Positions 10,358-20,580 are shown, counted from the stretch's first letter. The stretch is 64,000 bases of DNA from Promethearchaeota archaeon (GCA_019058365.1 JAHPZE010000006.1:96001-160000); one strand, 5' to 3'. Numbers and translations are program-made. The notes: generated by a model not told the origin, from the sequence alone.

Positions 10358-10439
10358 GGATGTAAATTGTTATTACAATCAATTTATAATATTGTGATAT
10401 TATTTCTTTTTTTATATTTTCCTTAAAATATTTTAGCCT

Positions 10440-10613
10440 ATGGATAAGAAGGAAAAACCATCTCAAGAAATAGGATTTAAAGACCATTACGAATTGAATT
10501 TAACAGAGTTTTACCGGGCTCTCAATGAAGCAATTACTACTAATAATACGCAATCTATTTATGAGCTTTCAAAGATTTTCACCAGATATCTATTTAAAAA
10601 ATTAAATAATTAA
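10440..10613 (+). CDS. Small hypothetical protein (57 aa, below ORF-track cutoff)
   Basis: ATG..TAA ORF MDKKEKPSQEIGFKDHYELNLTEFYRALNEAITTNNTQSIYELSKIFTRYLFKKLNN followed by a T-run. Confidence 0.5.
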   Translation: MDKKEKPSQEIGFKDHYELNLTEFYRALNEAITTNNTQSIYELSKIFTRYLFKKLNN

Positions 10614-10806
10614 CTTTTTTTTTGAAAGGGTTAAACTTTATTACGGTTCACATTTTTTGAGAGATTAAAGAGTAGAATCTCCACAAAGTTTGATTTTTTT
10701 GTAATTTGTACTAATAGTATATAAAACTTTCGAATTGATTAGGTTTATAAATTTGAAGACTATTCTTAACTTAAGTATTAAATACTAAGTAATGTGAGGA
10801 AATATA

Positions 10807-11064
10807 ATGACAGTTAGCGGAGAACAGACAAATTATGAGGAAATTTTAGTTTCGTCTCTAAGAGCTGATTTAGAATGGCTAGAACGAGAATTTGAGCTTC
10901 AATTTAAATTCAAAAAAGAAAAAACTAATGAGGATATATCTCTTGGTAATCAAATTCTCGATAATGTAATTGATAGCATAAAAACAAATAATTGCGAAGA
11001 ATTGCATAATTTATTAGCAACAACACTAAATAGGATTGAACAGACCTATCCTGAATTTTTTTAA
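10807..11064 (+). CDS. Small helical hypothetical protein
   Basis: Clean ORF, GAGGA upstream, protein-like composition. Confidence 0.65.
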   Translation: MTVSGEQTNYEEILVSSLRADLEWLEREFELQFKFKKEKTNEDISLGNQILDNVIDSIKTNNCEELHNLLATTLNRIEQTYPEFF

Positions 11065-11330
11065 TTATTTTGAATTCTCCGAAATCTTCTATTTCTGTAT
11101 TTAAGCTATCGACGATATTTTTAATTTCTACTTTATTCATATAATTATTAGTATATGAAATCAAAAATATTTAAGATATTAATAGAATTTAGATTCTTAT
11201 TTGAAAAAGATAAAATATTATAATACAGAAACTTCATTATTAAAAAAAGGAATAAGCTAATGTAAATTTAAAAATAATTTAATTACTAGAAAAACAAATC
11301 AACAACATATTAATAATAAATATTTTAATT

Positions 11331-12416
11331 ATGGAAAGAATTATATTAACTCACTGGAATACCTCAACAGGACCAGAGCCCATTATCCAATATCCTCCAG
11401 ATAAATCTTTTCCTCCCAAAGATTTTTTTCTAAAAATTTGGGCGAAACATGAATTAAATAAAGAAAATTCTATAATTGAATTTGTTCCTGAGGATAGTGA
11501 GACTTGTTATCTTTCAATAGTACAAAAATTTGAGGGAGAAATCTATTTTCTTATATTAGTTTATAATCAAAAAATGATGATTGAAGATATAATAAAAGAA
11601 TCTCCAGAAATATTAGGCCTTATTAGTAAAAATTTAATAGAATTGATAAATACGAATAAAATTACTCGTACAATTTCTGAAGCATTTAACACGATTAGAA
11701 ATTATTCTAAATTAGATGAAGAAGAAAATCTTATAAACTTCTTTCAAGATCGAATTAAGTCTACTATTTTACAAATTCTTAGGAAGGGAGTAATCTCTAA
11801 ATCGGTATTAACTAATATATTAAAACATGATTATGGTTTCTCTACAGTAAATATTGATTTAATATTAATTTCTTTCCTCCATGAAAATTTAGTAGTTAAA
11901 AAGAATGTACCAGGAAGTAAAGAATGCTATTTTCTAATTAAGGACCTTTCTTGTACTAGGATTCCTCCAAAAAAATTACCAACGGATCAGATTGAAGAAA
12001 GTTCTTTAAAAAAATATGGAGAGTCTTTAAAAAATTATTATTTTGATTATTATAATGTCTCAGAATTTGAAAATAAGACTATAATTCAGACAGTTCTTTT
12101 TAATAAAGACGTATTTCATCTTATAAAAATGCTAAGAGAAAAAATCTTATCTGTAAATGATTGTTTAACTATTTTAAACAATAAAGAAGAATTATTTACT
12201 GAGTTATTAGATAAAAAATTTATTTATGAAGTAAAAGGGTTCGTGTACCTCTTTTCAGATGTTCGATTTATTAAATTTAACCCATATTACATCATCGAAA
12301 AGTTAGTGGAAAGATATCAAAATCAAGATATTTCTTTAAATGAATATATAGCACATTTAAAGTTATTATCAATGCAGATAGAGGAACCATTTTCCATTAA
12401 TTATGAAATAGTGTAA
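11331..12416 (+). CDS. Longin/uDENN-like N-terminal domain protein (NPRL2/NPRL3-like start) with a possible winged-helix C-terminus
   Basis: N-terminus IILTHWNTSTGPEPIIQYP matches the 'F..xGPxhhxQxP' hairpin of uDENN/longin domains. Confidence 0.55.
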   Translation: MERIILTHWNTSTGPEPIIQYPPDKSFPPKDFFLKIWAKHELNKENSIIEFVPEDSETCYLSIVQKFEGEIYFLILVYNQKMMIEDIIKESPEILGLISKNLIELINTNKITRTISEAFNTIRNYSKLDEEENLINFFQDRIKSTILQILRKGVISKSVLTNILKHDYGFSTVNIDLILISFLHENLVVKKNVPGSKECYFLIKDLSCTRIPPKKLPTDQIEESSLKKYGESLKNYYFDYYNVSEFENKTIIQTVLFNKDVFHLIKMLREKILSVNDCLTILNNKEELFTELLDKKFIYEVKGFVYLFSDVRFIKFNPYYIIEKLVERYQNQDISLNEYIAHLKLLSMQIEEPFSINYEIV

Positions 12417-12535
12417 TTGATCCTATTTTACGTTCTCTTCTTCATTTCAATTCTAAGAAAATAAAAATATAAATACTACATCAACTAAATTTATACAATT
12501 TACTAAAATTAAAATTTATAAAATGGTGTGTATAT

Positions 12536-13294
12536 ATGGCACTTGAATTAGTAGATTTCTTACAAGGAAGCTTTAGTCTTGTATTTGTTATCATATCTAT
12601 TATAATAGGGATTACAATCCTCTCGAAATATTCTCAATTTAAAAATCGATTGTATATTTTAGTGGGAATTAGCTGGATCGGCGTTAGTGTTCCCTGGGTC
12701 CCAGATTCAGTCAGTTTCTTAATGAATGTTTTTGTTCAGCAATCGCTTCCGGTTGAATGGTATTTTATTATCGGTAATGTTTTTTTACCTATAGCTCTTT
12801 TAACTTGGTTGACAGCCTTTACTGATATGATTTACAGAAAAGCCCAGAAAAAAGTATTGATAATAACTATTATTCTTTCAATAATATTTGAAATAATATT
12901 TTTTGTATTGTTCTTTATTAATATAGATTTGATCGGAGTCATTAATCCTAATAGACCTTTTACCGTAGAATTTGATCTTTTTATAACTATATACTTATTG
13001 CTTATTATCTTAGTTATGCTAATCACAGGAGTCATATTTGCTCAAAAATCAGTTAAATTAGAAAATCGAGAAGTACGATTGAAAGGCAAATTACTCCGTG
13101 CAGCATTTATTACATTTACTGTTGCTGCCATTTTAGATTCTTTACTTGGTACTATTTTTGAAGATCCAACCGACCCTCTCTTAGCGATTATGGTTGTGAT
13201 CGTAAGAATCTTGTTAATAATCAGCGCTTTGGAATTCTATGGAGGTTTTTTACTTCCCAAATGGATGAAAGAGCTATTTATGAAAAAAGAATAA
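12536..13294 (+). CDS. Seven-transmembrane-helix protein of unknown function
   Basis: Seven hydrophobic segments counted by eye; no soluble output domain. Confidence 0.7.
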   Translation: MALELVDFLQGSFSLVFVIISIIIGITILSKYSQFKNRLYILVGISWIGVSVPWVPDSVSFLMNVFVQQSLPVEWYFIIGNVFLPIALLTWLTAFTDMIYRKAQKKVLIITIILSIIFEIIFFVLFFINIDLIGVINPNRPFTVEFDLFITIYLLLIILVMLITGVIFAQKSVKLENREVRLKGKLLRAAFITFTVAAILDSLLGTIFEDPTDPLLAIMVVIVRILLIISALEFYGGFLLPKWMKELFMKKE

Positions 13295-13344
13295 TATTTT
13301 TTTTTCTATTTTTATATTATTTTATATTATATAGAAAAAACCAG

Positions 13345-14058
13345 TTAGGTAGTTAAGATCGAAGTATCTGAAAATTCTTTATCAACTGGGGCTTTCCCAT
13401 CTCCATATATGTGATATAATCCAGATCTTCTAGCTATCTCATAAAAACTACGATAAATATCTTTTTCTTGATCAAATAACGCGCAAGTTTTATATATTAA
13501 GGGATTCCAAATATAAAATTTATTCTTTGGACCATACCAAAGTTTCTCATTTTTTAAAATCTGGATAAAATCTTCATCACTAATTACAGCTTTAAGATCT
13601 TGTTTATTCAGCATAACTATAAACGGAATTTCTTTAATAAGCCGATTATTTGTAATACTTTTTAATTCTAATAAAAATTCAATATTATCCTCAAAAAATT
13701 TTATTTGAGAATCAACTACAAAAATGACAGCATCAGTTTCAGCATCAAGTTTATTAAATACTTTAATTCTTAATGAACTGAAACCCTTTTGACCGGCAAC
13801 TGTATATACTCTATAATATACCTTCCTCTTTTTTGTTGATTGAAAAATTCCTCGGTCAAAATAAAGTGTAGCTCCACTTGTTCTATCAATTTTTTGCAAA
13901 TCACTAACAGGAATGATTTCCCTATTTCCATCTTTAGTTAACTTATAAAGAGTTTCTAATATAGTAGTCTTTCCTGATCCTGCCATACCATAGTATACAA
14001 TTTTTAGATACGTATTTCCATTATTGTGTTGAACCATTGCAGGATCTCCGGAGAACAA
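13345..14058 (-). CDS. MglA-like small GTPase
   Basis: KIVYYGMAGSGKTT, TLYFD, YTVAGQ (MglA-type G3), VVDSQ, NKQD. Confidence 0.85.
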   Translation of the reverse strand: MFSGDPAMVQHNNGNTYLKIVYYGMAGSGKTTILETLYKLTKDGNREIIPVSDLQKIDRTSGATLYFDRGIFQSTKKRKVYYRVYTVAGQKGFSSLRIKVFNKLDAETDAVIFVVDSQIKFFEDNIEFLLELKSITNNRLIKEIPFIVMLNKQDLKAVISDEDFIQILKNEKLWYGPKNKFYIWNPLIYKTCALFDQEKDIYRSFYEIARRSGLYHIYGDGKAPVDKEFSDTSILTT

Positions 14059-14238
14059 ATAAACTTACTTTCACTTTAAATAAATAAATGTGATTATTAT
14101 TAAATAAAATAATTTTCAGAATTAAAGATATTGCATCGTAAAATTATTTTTAAGAATACAATAATTTTTTTACAATGAATAATGATTCCCTTATAGAATA
14201 AGAAGTTCAGTAATAAAACTCTAAAAAAACAAGAAATT

Positions 14239-14763
14239 ATGGATGGATATACTGATTCAGACTGGAACTGGGATTTTTATAACGAACTTGTAGATGATGT
14301 AGAGGAAAACAAAAATATTATTCAGTGTATTTCTTGTGGTAAATGTGTAGGTGATTGTCCAGCTGCAAAAGTGTCTAACTTCAATATTAGGAAAATAATT
14401 AGTAAGGTCCTTCGAGGAGATAAAAGTGTTTTAAAGGATTCTGATATTTGGTATTGTTATTTATGTGAAAGATGTAAAAGAGTTTGTCCAAAAGATAACA
14501 TTAATATCCCCCTACTTATTATTAATTTAAGAAATGAAAGCTTTAAGAAAGGGTATGGTCCTCGTTATAATGATTTACGTAAATACGTGGAGATGTCTGA
14601 AAGATTTTTGACTAACGGTACCGTTTTGGAAGATCCTTTAGGTGGTGGTTTACCACCGGAACGCATGGAAGAATTAAATGAAATTTGTAATTTTGCTCGA
14701 ATAAATTATGTATTTAAAGCAAGAAAACATAAAAATAAACAAAAAGGCAAGAAAAAATCATAA
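14239..14763 (+). CDS. hdrC: Heterodisulfide reductase subunit C-like
   Basis: Two CxxCxxCxxxCP motifs, IWYCYLC; adjacent to hdrB. Confidence 0.85.
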   Translation: MDGYTDSDWNWDFYNELVDDVEENKNIIQCISCGKCVGDCPAAKVSNFNIRKIISKVLRGDKSVLKDSDIWYCYLCERCKRVCPKDNINIPLLIINLRNESFKKGYGPRYNDLRKYVEMSERFLTNGTVLEDPLGGGLPPERMEELNEICNFARINYVFKARKHKNKQKGKKKS

Positions 14764-14778
14764 TCGAGATTCAAAAAA

Positions 14779-15792
14779 ATGGAAGTTGTTGATTTAGCAC
14801 TAAATTTAGATGAAATTGAAAGAGATTATCCTGAAAATCCTTTAGACTATTTTAAAGATAAAAAATTATGCCTTTTTAAAGCTTGCTTGGAAAAATATTT
14901 TCCAGGTGTAAGATGGGGTTTTCAGGACCTTCTGGAAGAACTTCACTTAAATGTAGCTATGTGTGTGAATCAATCGTGCTGCTCTGGTACTTTTTTTCAA
15001 CGAAATTTAATAACAAGGGCGCAATTTGCGGCTATTAATGAGAGGAATCTAAATGAAATGAATCAGATAGCCGATATAGTGTTCTTTAGCTGTAATGGTT
15101 GTTACAATAGTCTGTTAAGAGGGCGAGAATTTTTAAAAATTCCTGATGTAAAAAAAAAAACTAATGAAATACTGAATGGATTAAAAAAAAAGAGAATAGG
15201 TGTTAATTATCCCAATAAATACGAAATTCTTGAAAATCTTGATCTCAAATTAGTACATGATTTAGATTTCTTATATTTAATTCGAAACGATGTTCTTAAC
15301 TCTTTAAAGTTTGATTTGAAAAATCTTAAAGTTGCTATTCATTATGGATGCCATTACTTGAATTTATCAAGAGATAAAAGAAATATTGAAGAATATATAA
15401 AAGACAAAACTAAATTAGATGAATTAATTAATCTCTTTGGGGGTATTCCAATTGATTATCAAGAAAGAGAGAGTTGTTGTGGATGGGGGGCTTCCCAGCT
15501 CATAATAAACCCTCGTGAAGCGCTAAAGATAACCGCTAATAAACTAAAAAGCGCTCAAGATGTAGGAGCGGATTTTATGATAACACCCTGCCCAACTTGT
15601 TTATATACTCTAAGTAAACCCGAATACCGAGAGAAAATGCATAAGTGGTTTGGTGAGAAGTTAGACATTCCCACAATACATTTAAATGAACTAATAGCTA
15701 TATTGCGAGGATGTGAAGAAGAACGCTGTATCACCCTTAGACGAAAGACTCCTCGTTTAGATGAGATTTTTGAAATAATTACAAAAGAATAA
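14779..15792 (+). CDS. hdrB: Heterodisulfide reductase subunit B-like (CCG domains)
   Basis: SCCSG, CNGC, HYGCH, SCCG, PCPTC. Confidence 0.9.
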   Translation: MEVVDLALNLDEIERDYPENPLDYFKDKKLCLFKACLEKYFPGVRWGFQDLLEELHLNVAMCVNQSCCSGTFFQRNLITRAQFAAINERNLNEMNQIADIVFFSCNGCYNSLLRGREFLKIPDVKKKTNEILNGLKKKRIGVNYPNKYEILENLDLKLVHDLDFLYLIRNDVLNSLKFDLKNLKVAIHYGCHYLNLSRDKRNIEEYIKDKTKLDELINLFGGIPIDYQERESCCGWGASQLIINPREALKITANKLKSAQDVGADFMITPCPTCLYTLSKPEYREKMHKWFGEKLDIPTIHLNELIAILRGCEEERCITLRRKTPRLDEIFEIITKE

Positions 15793-15829
15793 AACAATTA
15801 TTAATATTTCTATGAATACTAAATTAGCA

Positions 15830-17209
15830 TCACAATTCTTTAATTGCTAATCGTGGACAAGAATCCAAACATAGTAAGCATCCAATACATTTTTCATAGT
15901 AAAATGCTAACCTATCATCTTTATCTAAGTATAGAGCATTAGTAGGACATAACGAAACACATGCTCCACAATTAATACATTTATCCTCATCTATTATAAA
16001 TCGCTGATTCTTAGCGACTGTTTTTAAATCGCTATTATCTAGGTAAGTTAAAGTGTTTTGTTTGAAATCTTTTAAAAATTTTAATTTTGAGGTTTGTTTC
16101 ATTGGTTTAACGACTGTTTTAGTAGGTAAAGTTTCAGCAGGAGGATTCAAGAAAAATTTTCCATCTTCTATCCATTTTTTAAGCGTTTCAGCTATTTTAC
16201 GCGCATAAAATAAAGATGACAATGAGGAGCATTTTATTTTTTTGCCATCTAACTCGATATGTCCACTTTTCAATTCCATATAACTCACTTGCTTCAGTTC
16301 TGGTTTATCTCTCTTGGGTTTTCCATAATCTAAAACCTCTGTTAGTAAAATCTCATCATTTACAGCAGTTTTTCTAGCTAAACCCTCATTTAGTATTGGT
16401 ATTGGTATTCCTACTCCTACAGATAAAGATGTACCATACTTTTCATAAGCTACTCCTCGTAAATATTCTGGACTCATTTGTTTCATATCTCCTTTAACAA
16501 ATAAAGCTCCAAATCTGTTTGTGGGATTATGTTGGGTACCCTCTCCCATAATGTATCCAATTCCCCCACCTAAAAAGATCCTAGTTCCGATTCCGATGGT
16601 TTCATAATCAGGATCATTACTCAAAGGATTCAAGCATCCCGCTCCAGCATAATGAGCATTTCCAAAATGAGGTAATAATTTTCCCATATATGTATATAAT
16701 GTTTTATTTGAACTATTTACAGCACATACATATCTCTGATAAGCATTTCTAGGATTGCATAAAATTGCTTGATTGATGTCTTCGATTGTAAATTCTGTGT
16801 CCACTTCTGCTAAGGGGTAACAATCAGTAGTATAAGAATTACCTTTTAATCTTATTAATTTCCCTGAGACTAAATCTTCAATGACATGACCACCACCATA
16901 TTCAAAAGGCTTTTTATCTGACATCCTCGTGCTACCTATATAACAATCTACTGCAGCATTTCCATGATATGCCATAACATCATTCAAAAATAATTCATCG
17001 AACTTAACGGGAGGGTCACTATGGCCAAAATTGAGAAAAGCTCCACTTGAACACATAGGTCCAAAAGTACCTGTAGTTACTATATCAATCTCATCAGCAG
17101 CTACCTTAATACTTCTATCTTCTACAAATTTAATCATTTCTTCAGCTGTAACTACCACAACATCACCATTTTTTATTTTCTCATTTATTTCATTATAAGT
17201 TTTTAGCAC
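15830..17209 (-). CDS. DUF39 homocysteine biosynthesis protein (L-aspartate semialdehyde sulfurtransferase) fused to a 2x[4Fe-4S] ferredoxin
   Basis: EINEKIKNG.VVVVTAEEM, DIVTTGTFGPMCSSGA, NPRNAYQ, GVGIPIPILN; C-terminal CINCGACVSLCP and CIGCLLCLDSCP. Confidence 0.88.
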   Translation of the reverse strand: MLKTYNEINEKIKNGDVVVVTAEEMIKFVEDRSIKVAADEIDIVTTGTFGPMCSSGAFLNFGHSDPPVKFDELFLNDVMAYHGNAAVDCYIGSTRMSDKKPFEYGGGHVIEDLVSGKLIRLKGNSYTTDCYPLAEVDTEFTIEDINQAILCNPRNAYQRYVCAVNSSNKTLYTYMGKLLPHFGNAHYAGAGCLNPLSNDPDYETIGIGTRIFLGGGIGYIMGEGTQHNPTNRFGALFVKGDMKQMSPEYLRGVAYEKYGTSLSVGVGIPIPILNEGLARKTAVNDEILLTEVLDYGKPKRDKPELKQVSYMELKSGHIELDGKKIKCSSLSSLFYARKIAETLKKWIEDGKFFLNPPAETLPTKTVVKPMKQTSKLKFLKDFKQNTLTYLDNSDLKTVAKNQRFIIDEDKCINCGACVSLCPTNALYLDKDDRLAFYYEKCIGCLLCLDSCPRLAIKEL

Positions 17210-17424
17210 AATATCACCAACATTTTACTCCTTTGTCATTATTAATTCTGTTAATAAAATAAAAATATGCATATTAATAAATTCTAACGACTAAAATATT
17301 CATTAAATGCATATAATATGCATCAGATTTATATCATAATTATAGAGCAGAGAAGAAAAGCCATTTAGGAATAATTTTTATACTTGTTATGTTTTCCACA
17401 ATTACATCCCCAATATTATAGGTT

Positions 17425-18321
17425 ATGACTAATACGAAAATTGATAATTTCCATTCTAGACGGAACATAATAGCTATATTTCTTTTGATTATAACTACAG
17501 TGCTCTGGGGAACATCTTTTATTATTACTAAAAATATAACAGAAAATATCCCTATATTCTTATATCTTGGTTTACGATTTTTAATAGCATTTTTAGGATT
17601 CATTCCTTTTTTTCCACATTTTAAGAATCTGAACAAAAAAATTATAATTATGGGCTTAATAACAGGCACATTGTACTTTTTTGGGATGGTATTTCAAACT
17701 TATGGACTCCAATCGACAACTGCGGGTAAAACAGGCTTTATTACAGGTTTAAGTACAGTCATAGTTCCTTTTATCGCATGGTTAGGATATAAAAAACCAT
17801 TAAATATAAGAATTTGGATTGCTGTAATGTTATCCCTCATAGGTATGGCATTTTTATTGTTGGAGGGTGAATCTGGGTTCATTATAGGTGATTTACTAGT
17901 ATTAGTTTGTGCTTTTATCTTTGCATTCTATATTGTTTTAAATGATAAGTATGTTCGCATAACGGACGTATATCTATACTCAATTATTCAAATTTGTGTT
18001 ATCACCCTATTCAGTTTTGTTTGTTCTTTACTTCTAGGAGAATCATATAACTCACTATCAAATCCACCAACTTTCTGGTTTGTTATGATTTATATGGGGA
18101 TTGCTGTTATGACAGTCACAGTTTTATTTCAAAATTGGAGTCAACAATATCAAGAACCAACTCAAACTGCAATAATATTTACCCTTGAACCTGTATTTGC
18201 TGTATTATTTGGGTTCCTTATAGGAAGTGAAATCCTAACACTATTTGGTTGGCTTGGATGTGGGTTAATCTTGATAGCAATTCTTACAACTGTTTTAAAG
18301 AATACTAATAATAAAGAATAA
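17425..18321 (+). CDS. DMT/EamA family transporter
   Basis: LWGTSF, LRF, GLQSTTAGK, LEPVFA; about 10 TM segments. Confidence 0.92.
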   Translation: MTNTKIDNFHSRRNIIAIFLLIITTVLWGTSFIITKNITENIPIFLYLGLRFLIAFLGFIPFFPHFKNLNKKIIIMGLITGTLYFFGMVFQTYGLQSTTAGKTGFITGLSTVIVPFIAWLGYKKPLNIRIWIAVMLSLIGMAFLLLEGESGFIIGDLLVLVCAFIFAFYIVLNDKYVRITDVYLYSIIQICVITLFSFVCSLLLGESYNSLSNPPTFWFVMIYMGIAVMTVTVLFQNWSQQYQEPTQTAIIFTLEPVFAVLFGFLIGSEILTLFGWLGCGLILIAILTTVLKNTNNKE

Positions 18322-18575
18322 AATAAGAAAAAACTATTTTAATTAGATTAAACTGCCTGAAATTTCTTAAATTTTTCATTTTGGCGCTTTTAATATAGGT
18401 CTAAAGACTTAATACGTGATGAAATAAAAAAAGTTTTACTTTAAAACATATTTAAATAATTAGATAATTATTAATATCTAAATAAGGGTTGTTTTATCGG
18501 TAAATTGCTATTTTAAACAGTAAATTACTAAATTGAACCTTTTACTAGAATAATCAAATATATGTGAAATAATAC

Positions 18576-18734
18576 ATGTCCGCACATAAATTAAAACCTA
18601 AAGATTTAACCATATGCAATAAGTGCGGGAATGTAATGGTAAACAGAAGGATACGTACTAATAACTCAGGTAAAGTTACTTTTCAAAGGGTTCTGCAATG
18701 TATCGTATGCAGATATTGGATCTCATTAGATTAG
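18576..18734 (+). CDS. Small basic zinc-ribbon protein (52 aa; not in ORF track)
   Basis: MSAHKLKPKDLTICNKCGNVMVNRRIRTNNSGKVTFQRVLQCIVCRYWISLD; two CxxC motifs. Confidence 0.75.
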   Translation: MSAHKLKPKDLTICNKCGNVMVNRRIRTNNSGKVTFQRVLQCIVCRYWISLD

Positions 18735-18760
18735 CTTTTTATATAATATTTCTAGAAATT

Positions 18761-18794
18761 TTTGAGTTGCTTTCATAACTCAAATCTTTTTTTT
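18761..18794 (+). terminator. Hairpin plus T-tract after the zinc-ribbon gene
   Basis: TTTGAGTT-8nt-AACTCAAA followed by TCTTTTTTTT. Confidence 0.5.
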
Positions 18795-18834
18795 AAAAAT
18801 AATTCAAATCATCCTCATTTAGATGTTAAAAGAA

Positions 18835-18984
18835 AGGTAAGGGAAAAGAAATTTGCGTCAAATTTTAAAATCAGGGAGAGAATTAAACTCGTTAGAGTTT
18901 AATAGAGGGCGAATTTTGGTGATCTCCCGATCTGAGTAGACCTATCCAATGTTTACACAAATTTTCTTATAGATTCCCTTACTT
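18835..18984 (-). ncRNA. Candidate ~150-nt structured non-coding RNA (family unknown)
   Basis: Four nested helices: 18835-45/18974-84, 18846-58/18955-68, 18870-79/18923-31 and hairpin 18882-18903. GC-richer than the flanks; TATA-like TTTTATAT on the minus strand at ~19007-19014. Confidence 0.5.
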
Positions 18985-19158
18985 AGTTAATAAATATATT
19001 TTTTTAATATAAAAACCATCTTATTATATTTTATTATGTGTCAATATCAAGAACAAGTTTTAAATCATAAATTCTGACTTCAATCTTCTTTTTTTGCCGC
19101 TTTATTGGAAAATACTCAATCCCATTTAAGAAAATCCTATTTAAGAGCAAAATATATT

Positions 19159-19974
19159 TTATTTCAAAAGTTCTGTAATCTTTATTTTTAGTCCATCTTC
19201 AGCAGCAACAATGTTCTTGATATTTGTGTATTTTTGAAGTTTAGCGGTCTGACTAGGGACATAATTTTTAGTTGACATTGAGCTATCCATATATGTCCCA
19301 AAATGAGTAATAATAAGACCGTCAAGTGGAGGGTTAATTTTGTTTAGATAAGGTATAACTTCATCAGTACATAGATGTCTCTTACATACAATAGAATCTG
19401 GACGCAAAAGGTTAAGAATTAAAATATTGACACCAGAAAATTCCTTTGAAAAGCCTTCATATACACTTGTATCACTTGAAAAAGCTAGTGAATAATCTTT
19501 AAGGTTAAATTTAACTCCAAAACCCTCGTTTTTAGGAGAATGAACTACTTTAGTTCCGATAATTTCAATATTTTTATAATTGAATGAATCTCCCGCTTTA
19601 AATTTTACAATTTTATCGAGCATATCAAGATGGTACTTAGAAATATACTTCAAAACTTCACTTGTAGTAATTAATGTTCCTTTTTTATAGTATTTATAAT
19701 TTCTGTCGTGTAAGATTTCTCGTGAGCTTTCAATCATAGCACTTAAATCACTATAATGGTCAACATGAGCATGGGTTGCAATAAAGAGTTCTGTCTTTAC
19801 TGGATCTTCTTTAAATTGGTTAATTCGAACAATGGCACCAGGTCCAGGATCTATATGAGATTGTATATCGTTAAATTTATAGATAACACCTCCTGTGGCC
19901 CTAAATTGAGTTCTAATATGATGTCGACCACCCCCTGATCCGAGAAAAACTAGTTCATCAGCCATATTAACCAT
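19159..19974 (-). CDS. MBL-fold metallohydrolase (PhnP/RNase Z-like archaeal family)
   Basis: FLGSGGGR, IDPGPG, THAHVDH, SSDT, HL, THFG. Confidence 0.85.
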   Translation of the reverse strand: MVNMADELVFLGSGGGRHHIRTQFRATGGVIYKFNDIQSHIDPGPGAIVRINQFKEDPVKTELFIATHAHVDHYSDLSAMIESSREILHDRNYKYYKKGTLITTSEVLKYISKYHLDMLDKIVKFKAGDSFNYKNIEIIGTKVVHSPKNEGFGVKFNLKDYSLAFSSDTSVYEGFSKEFSGVNILILNLLRPDSIVCKRHLCTDEVIPYLNKINPPLDGLIITHFGTYMDSSMSTKNYVPSQTAKLQKYTNIKNIVAAEDGLKIKITELLK

Positions 19975-19992
19975 TTTTATAATTAAAGAAGT

Positions 19993-20511
19993 TTAATATT
20001 TGGTTGCATTCACTAATTTTTTTGTTATCATTTCAAATGCTTTTTCAACATTGTATCCCGTTTTAGCTGATGTTTTTATGAAATCTATCATATTAAAAGT
20101 ATTCTTTAAATGAAGAGCACTTTCATCATCTACAGCAATTAAATCTTGGAGATCTGCTTTTGTTCCTATTAGTAAAATTGGTAAATTTAAATCATGTAAT
20201 CGAGCCATATTTACCCACTCAAGTATGTCTCCTATCTTGGGCATTCTTGTTAAATCAAATAAAAGAAGTGCCCCTCTTGCCCCCATTACAAAATTCTCTA
20301 AAAGATATCTAAAGCGTTCTTGACCTCCTAAATCCCATAATTGTAAAAGACAATGTGCATCATCAAAATTAAGCTCTGTTGTGTAAAAATCCACACCAAC
20401 TGTCATTATACTTGACTCATCAAACATACCATCGACATATCTTCTTAGAAGTGATGTCTTGCCCACACTTGCATTTCCGGCAATTAAAATTTTAAAGATA
20501 AAATTTTTCAT
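19993..20511 (-). CDS. Rab-like small GTPase
   Basis: GNASVGKTS, TVGVDF, WDLGGQERFR, GTKAD, TSAK; no C-terminal prenylation Cys. Confidence 0.92.
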   Translation of the reverse strand: MKNFIFKILIAGNASVGKTSLLRRYVDGMFDESSIMTVGVDFYTTELNFDDAHCLLQLWDLGGQERFRYLLENFVMGARGALLLFDLTRMPKIGDILEWVNMARLHDLNLPILLIGTKADLQDLIAVDDESALHLKNTFNMIDFIKTSAKTGYNVEKAFEMITKKLVNATKY

Positions 20512-20580
20512 GTTTGAATGGGTATATAATAAGTGATAAATATAAGAACACTTATTTATTTTAATACCTTAAAATGAAAC

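Noticed and set aside
18835-18984. SRP RNA, RNase P RNA, 5S rRNA, tRNA or SECIS
   Set aside because: No diagnostic motifs were seen and no neighbouring gene has an in-frame UGA; retained only as an unknown structured element.
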